From NCBI GenBank assembly GCA_017881075.1, contig JADGRH010000003.1, forward strand, positions 682-64,681: DNA of 64,000 nucleotides. The letters are read 5' to 3'. Positions 1 to 9,573 of the stretch are shown here, in pieces. Positions within the stretch are counted from its first letter, which is position 1. Each line of letters opens with the position of its first letter. Under the pieces are notes generated by a model, which saw only the letters and a list, made by a program, of their open reading frames with translations, made no database searches and had not been told where the DNA came from. Made by a program: the position numbers and the translations under genes. The stretch is from Minisyncoccota bacterium (GTDB taxonomy: Bacteria > Patescibacteriota > Minisyncoccia > Phycocordibacterales > CAJBRS01).

Positions 1-88
1 TGAAGATGGCAAAAGAAGACAAAGAACGCCATCGCTACGTCTACAAAAACGACGACCATATAGGTGGGACGATAGGCGACAGAATTCT

Positions 89-433
89 TTAAGAGATTTT
101 CGCAACTATGCGATTGAAAGTAGCGGGAGATTCTTGGGCCAGAATAGCCAGAGTTTTTCGGTCGTAAGCTAAATTATTTTTCTTCAGAGCGCCGATGAAT
201 TTACTGTATGAGAGATTGTGTTCTTTCAGAGCGGCGCTAATGCGAACATTCCATAATTTACGAAAATCGTTCTTCTTGTCGCGACGGTGAGCGAAGGCGT
301 AAGTACCGGCATGAGAAATAGCTTCAATGGCCTGACGCTCCTTGGTGCTACGTCCAAAACGATAGCCTTTAACTTGCTTTAAAACATTTCTCCTAGTTTT
401 GAGAGCGTGGACTCCCTTCTTTACTCTTGTCAT
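89..433 (-). CDS. rplT: 50S ribosomal protein L20
   Basis: The 114-aa basic protein has the typical L20 N-terminus MTRVKKGVHALKTRRNVLKQVKGYRFGRS. It is the last gene of an infC-rpmI-rplT operon. Confidence 0.9.
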   Translation of the reverse strand: MTRVKKGVHALKTRRNVLKQVKGYRFGRSTKERQAIEAISHAGTYAFAHRRDKKNDFRKLWNVRISAALKEHNLSYSKFIGALKKNNLAYDRKTLAILAQESPATFNRIVAKIS

Positions 434-438
434 GATAT

Positions 439-621
439 TTAAGCGGTGATAAACCTTGAGCGGCTTTTATTGCTAATCTTGAAAGGGACGCTTCGATTAC
501 GCGCCATTTGCTTGGAGCTTGATTCCTTAGCATTGAAATGATTTTGCCCTGGTCTACGAGCAAGAAGCTTGCCATTTTTGGTTACTCTTATTCTCTTTGA
601 ATATGATTTGTTGGTTTTCAT
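439..621 (-). CDS. rpmI: 50S ribosomal protein L35
   Basis: A 60-aa lysine/arginine-rich protein lies between infC and rplT, in the conserved operon order. Confidence 0.8.
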   Translation of the reverse strand: MKTNKSYSKRIRVTKNGKLLARRPGQNHFNAKESSSKQMARNRSVPFKISNKSRSRFITA

Positions 622-1130
622 ACTTTTTCGATAATAATACTTAAGCCCTTCGGACTTTTTTTGGCCGGATCGGCAATCTTATATTCTTCGGTTAGGAGCT
701 TTAATATACGCTCCATCCTTCCTTTTAAGAAATCTTGATCAAGGTATTTGGCTCGGCCGGGCAAGAATAAGTCTATCTTGATGCGATGCCCCTCCTTCAG
801 CCATTCGGAGGCCTTTTTTGCTTTCAGGACCAGATCGTGCTCTCCGGTGCCCAACTTTACCTGTAGGCCCTTTACTTCAACGGTATGGGTGCGGGCCTTG
901 GAATGCTTCAATTTTTTGTTTTCGTCGTATTGAAACTTACCATAATCCATTATTTTTGCAACCGGCGGCTTGGCATTCGGCGAGATCTCAATAAGATCAA
1001 GGCCCACTTCAGTGGCCCGTTTCAAGGCATCCGAGAGGCTAATAACCCCCATATTGGCTCCATCATGGTCAATGACCCGCAATTCGGCGGCTCTGATTTG
1101 ATGATTGATTCTAGTTTGAGGGGTGGCCAA
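618..1130 (-). CDS. infC: translation initiation factor IF-3
   Basis: The 170-aa protein has IF3 N- and C-domain hallmarks (RINHQIRAAELRVIDHDG, HTVEVKGLQVK). Its stop overlaps the rpmI start. Confidence 0.9.
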   Translation of the reverse strand: MATPQTRINHQIRAAELRVIDHDGANMGVISLSDALKRATEVGLDLIEISPNAKPPVAKIMDYGKFQYDENKKLKHSKARTHTVEVKGLQVKLGTGEHDLVLKAKKASEWLKEGHRIKIDLFLPGRAKYLDQDFLKGRMERILKLLTEEYKIADPAKKSPKGLSIIIEKV

Positions 1131-1265
1131 GATTTATGAAGAGGGAATTAAGATTATTGGTATCATATCACCTCGGGGTCTTTTTAGCAAAATACTTCTA
1201 TAGTAAGCCTTACGAACATTATACACTCTGCTATAATTATTGGTATCAATTGAACTTAAACTATA

Positions 1266-1871
1266 ATGCTTACTCTTAATGAGAGACATAGGTTGGGGCG
1301 GAAAACTTACTGGCTATTTTTTTTGAAGAATAGTGTCGGCGCCATCCTTTTCTTTGGCGCCGCCATTCTTTTCCTGATCCTTTCTTCTATTGGTTCAGAG
1401 ACATTGACCGGTAGTCTCAATCTCACGAATGATGGCGTTCGCACCGCGCAGGCCTTCCTCGTCTTGGGACTCTTGGCTACCTCCTCCGCTTTTATTCTTC
1501 TTGGCGCTATTTCCGCTATATGGACTTGGTATGAATATAAAAGTTACACCTTTATTTTGGATGACCATGCTCTGGAAGTTTCGCGAGGCATCATCACCAA
1601 AGAAAACATCTCTATTCCATATCATCACATTGAAGATATCAATCTTGAGCAGAGCCTTTTTTATCAGATGATTGGCGTCTGTCGATTGGTCATAATGACT
1701 GCTGGCCGAGGCACTAACCAGGACGATTACCAAGATCAATCCGAGGGAATTCTACCGGCCATTGATATTGAGATGGGGCACGAGATTCAAAAAACAATTA
1801 TGAAAAGATCAAACTATCAGGAGGTGATTAATGTTAATCCATCACCAGAGGTTAGACCTCCGATGGGATAA
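1266..1871 (+). CDS. membrane protein with bacterial PH (bPH_2/YdbT-like) domain
   Basis: Two N-terminal hydrophobic helices are followed by a conserved ...ITKENISIPYHHIEDINLEQSLFQ... segment typical of the bPH_2/DUF304 family. Confidence 0.45.
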   Translation: MLTLNERHRLGRKTYWLFFLKNSVGAILFFGAAILFLILSSIGSETLTGSLNLTNDGVRTAQAFLVLGLLATSSAFILLGAISAIWTWYEYKSYTFILDDHALEVSRGIITKENISIPYHHIEDINLEQSLFYQMIGVCRLVIMTAGRGTNQDDYQDQSEGILPAIDIEMGHEIQKTIMKRSNYQEVINVNPSPEVRPPMG

Positions 1872-1874
1872 ATC

Positions 1875-2283
1875 GGTGGAGATGGTGGAAGTTGAATCCA
1901 CGTGCAGTCAAGACTTTAAAATGTTTCTACAAAGTATAGTTAATCTTTTTGTTCAAGTATTTATTTTGAACAATTTAAGAAAGATAAGTATTAGACCAAC
2001 AGAACCTTATCTTTCCGATCTCTATTATTCGGGCTCTCTCGCAGAGCGGCGAGAGGTCCTATTCCGAAGATATAACACTCGGTGAGCGATTACGGAAGGC
2101 CCGCTCTCGGGTGTCACTTACGCTTTAGAAGCGTAGGCGAAAGCAAAGTCATTCGCCGTAAAGTACGGAGAAGCTTTAGCCACTAAGTTTTTTGCACTTA
2201 GGTTTTCTCACAGATTAAGGAGTTATGAGGGCTCCACTTTGCGCATATTTAGAGTGATTTGGCTGTCGATGCCTGTCATCCCC
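1875..2283 (-). ncRNA. ssrA: tmRNA (SsrA)
   Basis: The minus-strand 5' end GGGGAUGACAGGCAUCGACAGCC matches the tmRNA consensus GGGGnUGAnnnGGnUUCGAC. The 3' end GUGGA-UUCAACU-UCCAC-CAUCUCC-A-CC forms a T-arm. A 7-bp acceptor stem pairs 5' GGGGAUG with 3' CAUCUCC, including the G3:U70 wobble that marks alanine identity. An internal ORF GCG AAT GAC TTT GCT TTC GCC TAC GCT TCT AAA GCG TAA gives the candidate tag ANDFAFAYASKA. The gene lies immediately downstream of smpB on the same strand. Confidence 0.7.
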
Positions 2284-2353
2284 GAATTGCGAAGCAATTC
2301 GCCCCGAGTTTTTATCGAGGGGCTCCCGCACAATTCACGAATGACTGACTCAA

Positions 2354-2824
2354 CTATTGATTTTTCAAAGTCCTTCTGATCTCTCGATCAGTATCGCGTT
2401 TCTTCAGATCCTGCCGCTTATCAAATTTTTTCTTACCTCTTACGACGGCTACCTGAACCTTTATCTTACCGGCTTTATTATACACTGAAATAGGCACAAT
2501 TGTCAACCCCTTTTTAGCTTCATTATTGGCCAATTTAGTGATTTCGGACTTTGTGAGGAGCAATCGGCGGTTGCGTATCGGCTCGTATCCTTTGGGGGTG
2601 TTGGCCACTTGATATGGCGGAATCTGCATACCCAGAAGATAGGCTTCGCCACCACGTACGCTAACGTGCGCGGCGGTAAGCTCTCCGCGTTTTTGTCGCA
2701 GAGACTTCACCTCAAAACCAAATAGCTCGATCCCAGCTTCAAAGCTCTCCAGAATCTCGTAATTAAGGCCGGCTTTTTTGTTTTGGACTAAATTCGACAT
2801 ACAGGTATAATAGCAGTTTATCAT
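2354..2824 (-). CDS. smpB: SsrA-binding protein SmpB
   Basis: The 156-aa protein shows SmpB family similarity (GIELFGFEVKSLR...LLGMQIPPY) and a basic C-terminal tail. It is adjacent to the tmRNA gene. Confidence 0.9.
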   Translation of the reverse strand: MINCYYTCMSNLVQNKKAGLNYEILESFEAGIELFGFEVKSLRQKRGELTAAHVSVRGGEAYLLGMQIPPYQVANTPKGYEPIRNRRLLLTKSEITKLANNEAKKGLTIVPISVYNKAGKIKVQVAVVRGKKKFDKRQDLKKRDTDREIRRTLKNQ

Positions 2825-4763
2825 GGCTATTTTTGATCAAAAACCAAAAAAAACTCTTAGACCTTCACGTAAAAAAGGTCCGCTAAGTCGATTGCCCGGA
2901 GGGCGCAACCCTTTGTTTGGCAATGTGTTGATGACGGTTATTATCTTTATCATTTTGATCGCCTCATACGCTTTCATTACCGATAATAATTCAAATACTC
3001 AAACTATAAGTATCTCCCAACTGGCCCAAGACATCATTGGAGGAAAGGTAACGGAAGTGGCTGTAAGTGGAGACGATCTCTCTGTTACTTATGCGGATAA
3101 AAGCGTTAAGAGTTCAAAGAAAGAAGTAGCAAGTTCTTTATCACAGACTCTGGTGAATTATGGAGTGACTAAAGAAGATCTGGCCAAGGTCAACATTGCA
3201 GAGAAAAATTCCACAGGCTTTACTTATTGGCTTATCAACTTAGCTCCTTTTATTTTCCCAATTCTTTTCATTATTTTTTTCCTCTGGTTTCTGTCGCGAC
3301 AAGTGAAAGGGGCTGGCATGCAGGCCTTTACTTTCGGTCAATCAAAAGCGCGCCTGACTTCACCGACTGATAAAAAACAACGGGTTACCTTCAAAGATGT
3401 AGCTGGTGCCAAAGAAGCCAAAGAAGAACTTTCTGAAATCGTGGATTTTCTAAAAAATCCGAAAAAGTTTTTAGATATTGGTGCCAGAATTCCGAAAGGA
3501 ATTCTATTAATGGGTGCACCCGGCACGGGCAAAACCCTCCTGGCCCGTGCCGTCGCCGGCGAAGCCGGCGTGGCCTTCTTTTCTATTTCTGGATCGGAAT
3601 TTGTGGAAATGTTTGTTGGTGTCGGGGCTTCACGAGTGCGCGATCTTTTCAGTTTAGCCAAACAAGCCGCTCCGGCCATTATCTTTATGGATGAAATTGA
3701 TGCTGTAGGAAGAGTGCGGGGCAGTGGCATGGGTGGCGGAAATGATGAGAGGGAACAGACTCTAAATCAAATTCTAGTTGAGATGGATGGCTTTGAACCG
3801 AATGAAAAAGTAATCATGATGGCGGCCACCAATCGCCCTGATGTTCTGGATCCGGCCCTACTTCGTCCTGGCCGTTTTGATCGCCGAGTGACAATTGATA
3901 TGCCAGACAGAGAGGATAGGGAAGCGATTTTAAAAGTGCATTCAAAAGAGAAACCGTTCGGAGAAGATGTAAATTTGCGAGTGATTGCCGAGAGAACCCC
4001 AGGATTTTCCGGAGCGGATCTTTACTCGCTAATGAATGAAGGAGCCATCCTCGCCGCTCGCGAAAATCGTACAAAAATTACCCAATATGATCTTATCCGT
4101 TCAATTGAAAAAGTAATGCTTGGGCCAGAGAGACGCAGTCACATTCTTTCTAAAAAAGAAAAAGAAATTACTGCCTACCATGAAGCCGGTCACGCTTTGG
4201 TGGCCTCTGTGCTTCCTTACGCCGATCCGGTTCACAAAATTTCTATCATCTCCCGCGGCCGGGCTGCGGGCTACACCCTGAAGCTTCCGATAGAAGAGCG
4301 TAGGCTTCAATCAAAGAATGAATTTTTGGATGATATCGCCGTTTCTTTGGGAGGATATGTAGTGGAGAAAAAGATTTTCGGCGATCTGACTACCGGCTCA
4401 TCAAATGACCTGCAAGTCTCAACAGCTCTGGCGCGCGACATGGTTACTAAATATGGAATGTCGGACAAGATCGGACCAATTGCCCTAGAAGGTACGGGTG
4501 GCCGAACTTTGTTTGGAAGGGGAGTGGAAGAGAGAGAATATTCTGAAGATGTTGGAAAACTAATTGACTCCGAAGTCTCCAAGATTATGATGGATGCTTT
4601 CAAAAAAACTGAAACTATCATTACCGAAAAACGATCGATTCTTGACGCCATCGCCAAGGAGCTCATCGAAGCCGAAACCCTAGAACGCGAAGCTTTTGAA
4701 AAAATCTTAATTGCCAACGGCATCATTCCAAAGAAAAAGAAAGATATTGAGCATCAGGAATAA
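2823..4763 (+). CDS. ftsH: ATP-dependent zinc metalloprotease FtsH
   Basis: The 646-aa protein has an N-terminal TM region, an AAA+ Walker A GAPGTGKT, an SRH segment and the zinc motif HEAGHAL. Confidence 0.95.
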   Translation: MAIFDQKPKKTLRPSRKKGPLSRLPGGRNPLFGNVLMTVIIFIILIASYAFITDNNSNTQTISISQLAQDIIGGKVTEVAVSGDDLSVTYADKSVKSSKKEVASSLSQTLVNYGVTKEDLAKVNIAEKNSTGFTYWLINLAPFIFPILFIIFFLWFLSRQVKGAGMQAFTFGQSKARLTSPTDKKQRVTFKDVAGAKEAKEELSEIVDFLKNPKKFLDIGARIPKGILLMGAPGTGKTLLARAVAGEAGVAFFSISGSEFVEMFVGVGASRVRDLFSLAKQAAPAIIFMDEIDAVGRVRGSGMGGGNDEREQTLNQILVEMDGFEPNEKVIMMAATNRPDVLDPALLRPGRFDRRVTIDMPDREDREAILKVHSKEKPFGEDVNLRVIAERTPGFSGADLYSLMNEGAILAARENRTKITQYDLIRSIEKVMLGPERRSHILSKKEKEITAYHEAGHALVASVLPYADPVHKISIISRGRAAGYTLKLPIEERRLQSKNEFLDDIAVSLGGYVVEKKIFGDLTTGSSNDLQVSTALARDMVTKYGMSDKIGPIALEGTGGRTLFGRGVEEREYSEDVGKLIDSEVSKIMMDAFKKTETIITEKRSILDAIAKELIEAETLEREAFEKILIANGIIPKKKKDIEHQE

Positions 4764-4868
4764 GGGGTTGTAATACTTTAAAAGAAGTCACGTCTCCCAT
4801 ACTGAAGCGTTTCGTTACAATAAATTTTTCAATAAATTTAATGCGCGCGAAATACTTTAATAAGCCTC

Positions 4869-4900
4869 CAAAAAGCCGCTTTATGAGCGGTTTTTTTGGT
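4869..4900 (+). terminator. rho-independent terminator after ftsH
   Basis: The GC stem GCCGCT/AGCGG around the loop TTATG is followed by a T7 tract. Confidence 0.5.
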
Positions 4901-4950
4901 GGTTTTTATCTTTTTTTGATGGAGAATTCATTGTAAATTTGTTCTAATAC

Positions 4951-4995
4951 TTGACTTTTATTATTAGAGAGACTAATATAACAATATTGTTATAT
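4951..4995 (+). promoter_or_regulatory. sigma70-like promoter with overlapping 20-nt perfect palindrome (candidate operator)
   Basis: TTGACT is followed by a 17-nt spacer and TAATAT. The palindrome ATATAACAATATTGTTATAT at 4976-4995 overlaps the -10, upstream of a toxin-like plus HTH gene pair. Confidence 0.4.
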
Positions 4996-5011
4996 ATGGT
5001 CGAAACAAATT

Positions 5012-5389
5012 ATGCTAGAAGACTCAAAAATACTCTGGATTATCGATTGGGGTGTAATAGGGCGAAAAAATTGGGCAGAAAAGGAAAGAAGAAAATATGA
5101 AAGAGTAAACGGATCAGATTATGAATTATTTGCTAGGAAACTTAAATGGTTCCAAGGCAGGCATATTTCTGATCTCATAAAGATGGAGGATATGGAACAG
5201 ATAGGCAAAAATGAGGACGGCTACAAGTTAAATCTACAAGTAAAAAAGAAAACAATAAGAATATTTGGATTCTTGGAAAAAGACCATTTGGTATTTCACC
5301 CCTTTCTTTTTCTGATAAAGAAGACTAATCAAATAACTTTAATGGATTTGAGGACTTTTGAAGAAAGAATAAAAAAATATGAAAAATAA
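5012..5389 (+). CDS. putative type II toxin, HigB/Gp49-like (RelE/ParE superfamily)
   Basis: The 125-aa protein has a C-terminal region IRIFGFLEKDHLVFHPFLFLIKKTNQITLMDLRTFEERIKKY resembling the Gp49/HigB-2 family. It overlaps the downstream XRE-HTH gene by 11 nt. Confidence 0.4.
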   Translation: MLEDSKILWIIDWGVIGRKNWAEKERRKYERVNGSDYELFARKLKWFQGRHISDLIKMEDMEQIGKNEDGYKLNLQVKKKTIRIFGFLEKDHLVFHPFLFLIKKTNQITLMDLRTFEERIKKYEK

Positions 5390-5774
5390 AAAAAGAAAAA
5401 ATAATATGGATAGGAAAGATGATTTTAGGTTTGAGGTAGCCAATCTTATCACCGAGGTACGATATCATTACAAGCTTACCCAAGTCCAACTGGCTAAGAA
5501 GATGAAAACTCAGCAGCCAAGTATTGCCCGAGTAGAGAGTGGAAATATACTGCCAAGTCTAAGCTTCTTAGAACGATTAGCTGATTCTTTAGGTACATAT
5601 CTTATCGCTCCGAAATTTGGTTTTATGGAAGAACAAATAAAAAATTTCACTCATAACATAAACACTCATAGTTCCTCAAGAGCCCAAATTCTTAATACTC
5701 ACAACGGCATTCAAATTAGCTTCATTCAGACCAGCTATTTTGAGCATTGGCCAGACGTATTAGTAATGAGATAA
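5379..5774 (+). CDS. XRE-family helix-turn-helix transcriptional regulator (HigA-like antitoxin candidate)
   Basis: The HTH motif YKLTQVQLAKKMKTQQPSIARVESGNILPSLSFLERLADSLG is translationally coupled to the upstream toxin-like ORF. Confidence 0.55.
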   Translation: MKNKKRKNNMDRKDDFRFEVANLITEVRYHYKLTQVQLAKKMKTQQPSIARVESGNILPSLSFLERLADSLGTYLIAPKFGFMEEQIKNFTHNINTHSSSRAQILNTHNGIQISFIQTSYFEHWPDVLVMR

Positions 5775-5785
5775 AGTATCTATTC

Positions 5786-6274
5786 ATGAAAAACATAAAA
5801 TCAAAGAGTAAAATCGAACATCTATGGACAATTGCATGTAGCTCATCTTCTATAGATGGAGAAACCAATAATGTTTCCCTATTTAATATTATTGAAGAGG
5901 TGGGTATACAATTACAGCCCCCTGTCGGACAAGTGATTGATTTTGAAGAAAAAAAAGCTTTTCCATTACAAATGGAGATAATTTCTTTATGGAAAAGATT
6001 GGTAAATGACGTCGACATTGCTTCGGATATAAAAATCGAACTGCTTGACCCAAATAATAAAAAGCTTCAAGAAATGCCCTATCGTCTGGAGATTAAATCC
6101 CAACACCAGAGAATGCGCATGCGCATAAGGGTTAATGGAATGAATTTTACAGGCCAAGGCGAATATCATTTTTCCGTCCTTGTTAAAGAGGAAGAGGGTG
6201 ACAACTTTCAAGAAGTGGCCAGAATCCCACTCTTGGTAAAGATTGCTTCTCTCACCGGTCCACAATCTCTGTAA
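5786..6274 (+). CDS. hypothetical protein
   Basis: This is an open frame of 162 codons from MKNIKSK, with no recognisable motifs. Confidence 0.35.
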   Translation: MKNIKSKSKIEHLWTIACSSSSIDGETNNVSLFNIIEEVGIQLQPPVGQVIDFEEKKAFPLQMEIISLWKRLVNDVDIASDIKIELLDPNNKKLQEMPYRLEIKSQHQRMRMRIRVNGMNFTGQGEYHFSVLVKEEEGDNFQEVARIPLLVKIASLTGPQSL

Positions 6275-6318
6275 AGATAAATTACAGTTTAATCTTATTG
6301 GTAGTAAACAAAATTCTC

Positions 6319-6393
6319 GGTGCGAGTGCTAGGATTCGAACCTAGGACCGGGCGTGTATAAGACGCCTGCTCTACCAACTGAGCTACACTCGC
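6319..6393 (-). tRNA. tRNA-Ile with anticodon UAU (reads AUA)
   Basis: A cloverleaf forms on the minus strand as GCGAGTG-TA-GCTCAGTTGGTAGAGC-A-GGCGT-CTTATAC-ACGCC-CGGTC-CTAGG-TTCGAAT-CCTAG-CACTCGC-A. The anticodon loop CUUAUAC gives anticodon UAU. Confidence 0.8.
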
Positions 6394-6536
6394 GATTTTC
6401 AGATATTACCATATTTTCTAAGCTAATTTCATTTATCCCCAGCCCTCTATTGACGCCCCTAGCATTTCATATCGCTCTATGCTATTCTTTTAAGTGAGGG
6501 AATTAACTCTAAGTTTTATTAATAAATATTTTTTCT

Positions 6537-9500
6537 ATGTCTAAAAATCATTACAGACTGATTTTATCAGTTTTATTTCTTGGTGCTTTCTTTTTCGCTC
6601 ACGGAACGTCGGCTCAAACTATTCCGCCGACCATTCTTACTGTAGATATGAGTGTCGGTTCCACCGACGCTTCTACAGGGGGCCAGGTAACCATGCTCCA
6701 GGATTTTTTGCGAGCGACGGGCTACTTTAATCGCTCGTCCACTGGTTACTTCGCCTCTGTTACCAAGGCTTCCGTAAAGCATTTTCAAAGAGATAATAAT
6801 ATCTCTCCGGCAGAAGGATTTGTCGGACCTATCACTAGAGCTAAGATTGCTCTTTTAAGTACTGGAGGTACGGGAGGTATTGGGATTATTGGAGGTATTG
6901 ATCCCATCACCGTCCTTACTCTACCCGCAAGTTCCTCAACAATGGTAAACGTCTCATCGCGCGCTCAAACCTTAAGTGGTGACGGTGTGGCGATTTCAGG
7001 TTTTACTATTAGTGGAAATGGAGGAGGTTGCGGCAGTGCTCTAAATAATGCTGTTAATTGTGGAGCACTATTAATAGAAAGAAAGCAAGTTCTTATTCGC
7101 GGTCTCGGACCGACTCTTCTAAACTTCGGAATCAGTAATGCATTGGTAGATCCTACAATCTCGCTCAGGGACAGTTCCGGTCATGAGATTGCTTCCAACG
7201 ATAATTGGGGAGACGCAGATAGGGCAACTATTCAAGCCAATAACTCGATTGGACCTCTCAACAATAGCGAATCTGCTATTCTCGCTACTCTTGGTCCGGG
7301 TTCTTACACCGTAATACTGTCCGGGAATAATATAAGCAACAATAATAATATTGGGACGGTGGAAGTATATGACATTGCGGGTGATGCCGAACTAACCAGT
7401 GTCAGCACCCGAGGAAGAGTTGATGGAGGTGATGATGTACTCATCAGCGGCATGATCGTCAGATCAAACACCAATCAATCACAGACCTTCGTATTCAGAG
7501 GAATTGGTCCATCCCTCGCGAGCTCTGGGTTGACCGGAGTGATGAGTGATCCGACAATAACACTTTATGATTCTGCTGGCACAGCAATTGCTACAAATAA
7601 CGATTGGATGAGCGGCGGCAACCAATCAGACGACGAAGCAAGGATCCGAGATCTGGGACTAACCCCATCGAACGACAGAGAGTCCGCTTTAATTAAAACT
7701 CTTCCGCCGGGGGCCTACACCATTGTTCAACGCGGAGCAAATAATAGTACGGGACTAGGATTGGTAGAGATCTATAAGGTAGCAGGAGTAAATGTTGTAG
7801 CTTGCATCAGCACTACTCCTCAGGGGCAGTCACAGGGGCAGTCAATAGATTGCGGGCCAGAGATAACTTCGATTAGTCCATCTAACGGTCCTGTGGGCAC
7901 CGAAGTAGTCATTTACGGCTCAGGATTGACCACCTCTACCAATGTTAAATTCGGTTCAGGAGTGATTTCTTCGCCTACTTATCTTACAGCTCCTGATACT
8001 GGTATTATTTCCATTGCTTTTCCTGTTCCAGGCTTTCTACAATTAGCATGTCACTACTTAAATCCTCCTTGTGAAGCTCTCACCCCCCAAGTAACGCCTG
8101 GCGACTATCCTGTCTCTGTCACAAATAGTAACGGCACCAGTAATTCCAAGACTTTCACAGTCACATCTGGTAGCGCAAATAGTCACACCGGCACCCTCAC
8201 AGCCAACCCTAATCCCATCATTACTAATGAAACCCTCGGCGTTACCACTTTAAGTTGGACTACCGATAGCCCATTGGTTGAAGTCCATGTCAATTCTCCT
8301 AGTGGTGCTCTTTTTGCCCGCGCTGGCGGTAGTGGCAGTGCTCCTACCGGAATGTGGGTAGGGAATAATAGCAAATTCTATCTTCAAGATGTTTCTAATA
8401 ATTATTCTCTGACAACCGAACACACCTTGGCCACTCTGACCGTGACGTTGAGTGCTCTTCCTCCCTCAAACGCTCACCCACCAGTTGGATATTTTGACAA
8501 CATCACTACAGACGGCCTCGCTCTCGGGTGGGCCTATGATCCGGATCAATCTGTCACTTCCATTCCAGTTCACTTCTATATTGACGGAACATACGCAGGA
8601 CAAACTACTACCAACACATCAAGACCGGATGTCAATCAAGCGTTCGGAATAACGGGCAATCATGGTTACTCCTGGAGTATCCCCAACTCTTATCGAAATG
8701 GAGTGACGCATCAGATGTCGGTCTATGGTATTGATATCGGTGGGAACGGCAGCACAAATAGTCAGCTGACCAATTCTCCAAGAAGTTTTAATCTCACGGT
8801 TTCTACTCCTCCTCCAACCGCCTCCTTCACCATCAATGGCTCACATGATGTTACTGTCAATGTCGGAGAGGCCCTTAATTCCAGCTGGAGCTCAACCAAC
8901 GGAATTAGCTACAGCTCAACTTATACCAATAGCTGTACCCCTGGCGGTGTCGGAACTGGAGGCATAAACACCGCTTCCGGAAACAGCATCGGCTATCCTG
9001 ACGCAAGTATGGCTGGCTGTGACTTCACTATTACTTACCGAGTAGTGGGAGCTAACGGTCAGGTGGCTACGGCTGTAGTTGTGGATCATGTTAGGCCGGC
9101 TACTACTCTCAATGCTCCCACCGCCTCCTTCACCATCAACGGCTCACACGATGTTACCGTCAATGTCGGAGAGGCCCTTAATTCTAGTTGGAGCTCAACC
9201 AACGGAATTAGTTACAGCTCAACCTATACCAATAGCTGTACACCTGGAGCTACCGGAACTTGGGGTGCAAACACTGCTTCCGGAAACAGCACCGGCTATC
9301 CCGACGCAAGTATGGCTGGCTGTGACTTCACTATTACTTACCGAGTAGTGGGAGCTAACGGTCAGGCTGCTGCCGCTTCAGCCACAGATCATGTTGTGGG
9401 TACACACGCTTCAAACATGTCTGCTCATACCCAGACCGCCAATGTCCTCGATGCTCTGAAAAGTTTTATGGCCAGTGTTGATTTTCAAAATCAAACTGCT

Positions 9501-9560
9501 AATACCACTACCGTAATTAATCAGTTACTGAACAATCTGAAATCTCTATTAACTTATTAA
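6537..9560 (+). CDS. large secreted cell-surface protein with peptidoglycan-binding domain and Ig/IPT-like repeats
   Basis: The 1007-aa protein has a signal peptide and a PG_binding_1-like segment (LQDFLRATGYF...VKHFQRDNNISPAEGFVGPITRAKI). It is Ser/Thr/Gly/Asn-rich with repeated beta-rich modules and an internal tandem duplication. Confidence 0.65.
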   Translation: MSKNHYRLILSVLFLGAFFFAHGTSAQTIPPTILTVDMSVGSTDASTGGQVTMLQDFLRATGYFNRSSTGYFASVTKASVKHFQRDNNISPAEGFVGPITRAKIALLSTGGTGGIGIIGGIDPITVLTLPASSSTMVNVSSRAQTLSGDGVAISGFTISGNGGGCGSALNNAVNCGALLIERKQVLIRGLGPTLLNFGISNALVDPTISLRDSSGHEIASNDNWGDADRATIQANNSIGPLNNSESAILATLGPGSYTVILSGNNISNNNNIGTVEVYDIAGDAELTSVSTRGRVDGGDDVLISGMIVRSNTNQSQTFVFRGIGPSLASSGLTGVMSDPTITLYDSAGTAIATNNDWMSGGNQSDDEARIRDLGLTPSNDRESALIKTLPPGAYTIVQRGANNSTGLGLVEIYKVAGVNVVACISTTPQGQSQGQSIDCGPEITSISPSNGPVGTEVVIYGSGLTTSTNVKFGSGVISSPTYLTAPDTGIISIAFPVPGFLQLACHYLNPPCEALTPQVTPGDYPVSVTNSNGTSNSKTFTVTSGSANSHTGTLTANPNPIITNETLGVTTLSWTTDSPLVEVHVNSPSGALFARAGGSGSAPTGMWVGNNSKFYLQDVSNNYSLTTEHTLATLTVTLSALPPSNAHPPVGYFDNITTDGLALGWAYDPDQSVTSIPVHFYIDGTYAGQTTTNTSRPDVNQAFGITGNHGYSWSIPNSYRNGVTHQMSVYGIDIGGNGSTNSQLTNSPRSFNLTVSTPPPTASFTINGSHDVTVNVGEALNSSWSSTNGISYSSTYTNSCTPGGVGTGGINTASGNSIGYPDASMAGCDFTITYRVVGANGQVATAVVVDHVRPATTLNAPTASFTINGSHDVTVNVGEALNSSWSSTNGISYSSTYTNSCTPGATGTWGANTASGNSTGYPDASMAGCDFTITYRVVGANGQAAAASATDHVVGTHASNMSAHTQTANVLDALKSFMASVDFQNQTANTTTVINQLLNNLKSLLTY
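8815..9414 (+). repeat. tandem duplication of about 300 nt (100-aa module) inside surface-protein gene
   Basis: Two adjacent copies begin CCACCGCCTCCTTCACCATCAA(T/C)GGCTCACA... and encode TASFTINGSHDVTVNVGEALNSSWSSTNGISYSSTYTNSCTPG.... The copies are about 90% identical at the nucleotide level. Confidence 0.7.
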
Positions 9561-9573
9561 CCAACAGATAAAA

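Noticed and set aside
3338-4726. Several minus-strand ORFs (3338-3730, 3814-4074, 4101-4310, 4307-4726) inside ftsH
   Set aside because: They are antisense to the conserved FtsH AAA+ and protease domains. They are typical shadow ORFs.
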